Of a DNA stretch of 56,586 nucleotides, positions 55,347 to 56,586 are shown piece by piece; positions within the stretch are counted from its first letter, which is position 1, and each line of letters starts with the position of its first letter. The position numbers were made by a program, and so were the translations under genes. The notes below the pieces were generated by a model. That model saw only the letters and a list, made by a program, of their open reading frames with translations, searched no databases and had not been told where the DNA came from. This DNA comes from a virus (taxonomy: Duplodnaviria; Caudoviricetes): positions 1-56,586 of the IMG/VR virus record IMGVR_UViG_3300031565_000038. One strand, 5' to 3'.

Positions 55347-55661
55347 GCAAAATGAATTAAAAAATCCTAATTTTTATAAATTAATGATTCATAGATACTT
55401 GGAGGTATCGTTATAACCTGACTTTATTATGGTACAATTTTTTTCCTTCCATTTTTATAATGAATCAGAAAACTTTAAAAACTTAATTGACAATTTAACT
55501 GGACCCCATTTAATATCTCAACAAAATATAATGTTCTGATAAACAAATAATTACAAAATATAATCAAATAAATAAATTTTGCATATATCTGTAAATCAAT
55601 AACTTAAATTCGGACCTGTTATGGAAAAAAAATTAACATCAAACAGATTTTCAATTAACTG

Positions 55662-55871
55662 TTATTCATATACCCAATTAGGGGCATTTGGTATTCTTTT
55701 ATTTTTATGCTCTATTTCTTTTAATGTATTTCTAAAATTAGAGTATAAGTAAGAATTTAAAGCACTCCTTATTAATTTAGACCGATTAAAACCTTTAGAT
55801 TCAAGTGTCTTAATTGCCTTGTCTTGATCTTGTGTTAATCTTATTGGATACGCCTTAGTTAAATTGTTCAT
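55662..55871 (-). CDS. Ribbon-helix-helix regulator
   Basis: YPIRLT..NRSKLIRSAL. Confidence 0.7.
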   Translation of the reverse strand: MNNLTKAYPIRLTQDQDKAIKTLESKGFNRSKLIRSALNSYLYSNFRNTLKEIEHKNKRIPNAPNWVYE

Positions 55872-55927
55872 TATCTGTAGTTTATATTTTGTTTGTTATA
55901 CAAAAAGTACTGTTATACGGTAGTTGT
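55871..55927 (+). repeat. Array-head element copy 2
   Basis: 54/57 identical to 13581..13637. Confidence 0.75.
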
Positions 55928-56119
55928 AGGTAATAAGCCTACTTGTATCGGTTCTTATGCTTTCCTTTTGGTTGTTTATACTCGCTCTTTTTATCAAGCA
56001 CTTTCACTATTAAAAACGCTGCTCCTATTGCTATTGCTCCAAACATATCATTAAGTTTTAGTTATTAAATACGTAGGCTTACATACCTACAACACTAAAT
56101 AAAAACCATAAAAATAAAA

Positions 56120-56386
56120 CTACTTCCGGTTCTTTTTACGAGCTTTTTGCCTGCGCTCCCCACGTGTTTCGGGTAGTTTAGGTATCGGTTGTATAAGTTT
56201 CATATCTCTTTCCATGCTTGCTCCAAGTTCTTTAAGCCTGTCCACCTCACTTATAGCTTGTGGCACATCTCCAACAACAACTATCGGCACGTCTATTCTG
56301 GCTAATGCTTCAATTATGGCTACTTGCTCACCCGCCCCACAATGTGCGCCAATCAGTATCACTTTTGGTTTCTTTTCTGCTGTCAT
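56120..56386 (-). CDS. Hypothetical protein wholly inside an attC loop
   Basis: ORF flanked by taaaaataaaac / gttttattttta. Confidence 0.65.
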   Translation of the reverse strand: MTAEKKPKVILIGAHCGAGEQVAIIEALARIDVPIVVVGDVPQAISEVDRLKELGASMERDMKLIQPIPKLPETRGERRQKARKKNRK

Positions 56387-56460
56387 TCCGTTTTATTTTT
56401 ACAGGTTCTTATTAATCTCGTTAGCAAACATTAAAACGATTTGCTAACACGGTATATAAC

Positions 56461-56586
56461 CAATGCTTACTGTGTAGCTTCGTATTAAGTTTGTGCAAGT
56501 GTTTTAAAAATTTTTGCCCACGCACATCAGTTTTTTCAAAACTGTAAGGATTGCTGTACTGCATCATAGTTAGTTTTGTGGTTACT
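56461..56586. repeat. Terminal overlap, copy 2
   Basis: Identical to 2..127. Confidence 0.95.

Larger units (their letters stand above)
55923..56586 (+). mobile_element. Start of the main cassette array (attC-like site 56087..56426; 29-bp empty body 56420..56448; left arm 56442..56466)
   Basis: gttgtaggtaataagcctac vs gtaggcttacatacctacaac; gttagcaaa..tttgctaac. Confidence 0.8.

Overview
The window is an apparently complete, circularly closed (126-bp terminal overlap), AT-rich tailed-phage genome of about 56.5 kb. The host is most likely a Bacteroidota, judged from TAnnTTTG promoters and signal peptides followed by Gln. Essentially all genes are on the minus strand. It has a siphovirus-like morphogenesis block (terS/terL, portal, capsid, tail tube, tape measure, two fibre-like proteins; about 31.2-55.3 kb), a lysis block (25.3-26.7 kb) and a replication/recombination block (SF4 helicase, initiator, NinG, YqaJ; 15-22.8 kb). 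No integrase is recognisable. Main highlights: (1) about 30 attC-like sites (RYYYAAC...GTTRRRY imperfect hairpins) organise most accessory genes into integron-like cassettes. The genes are antisense to the sites, start inside the attC loop and often stop at the G|TTA crossover. Three cassettes carry an exact 22-nt inverted copy of their own predicted circle junction. (2) A ~340-nt candidate ncRNA containing a circularly permuted tRNA and 7-nt periodic repeats lies right after a coiled-coil gene. (3) A radical SAM gene is coupled to an unannotated 28-aa GHC-GHC peptide, a candidate RiPP pair. All calls come from reading the sequence by eye; no database searches were run.
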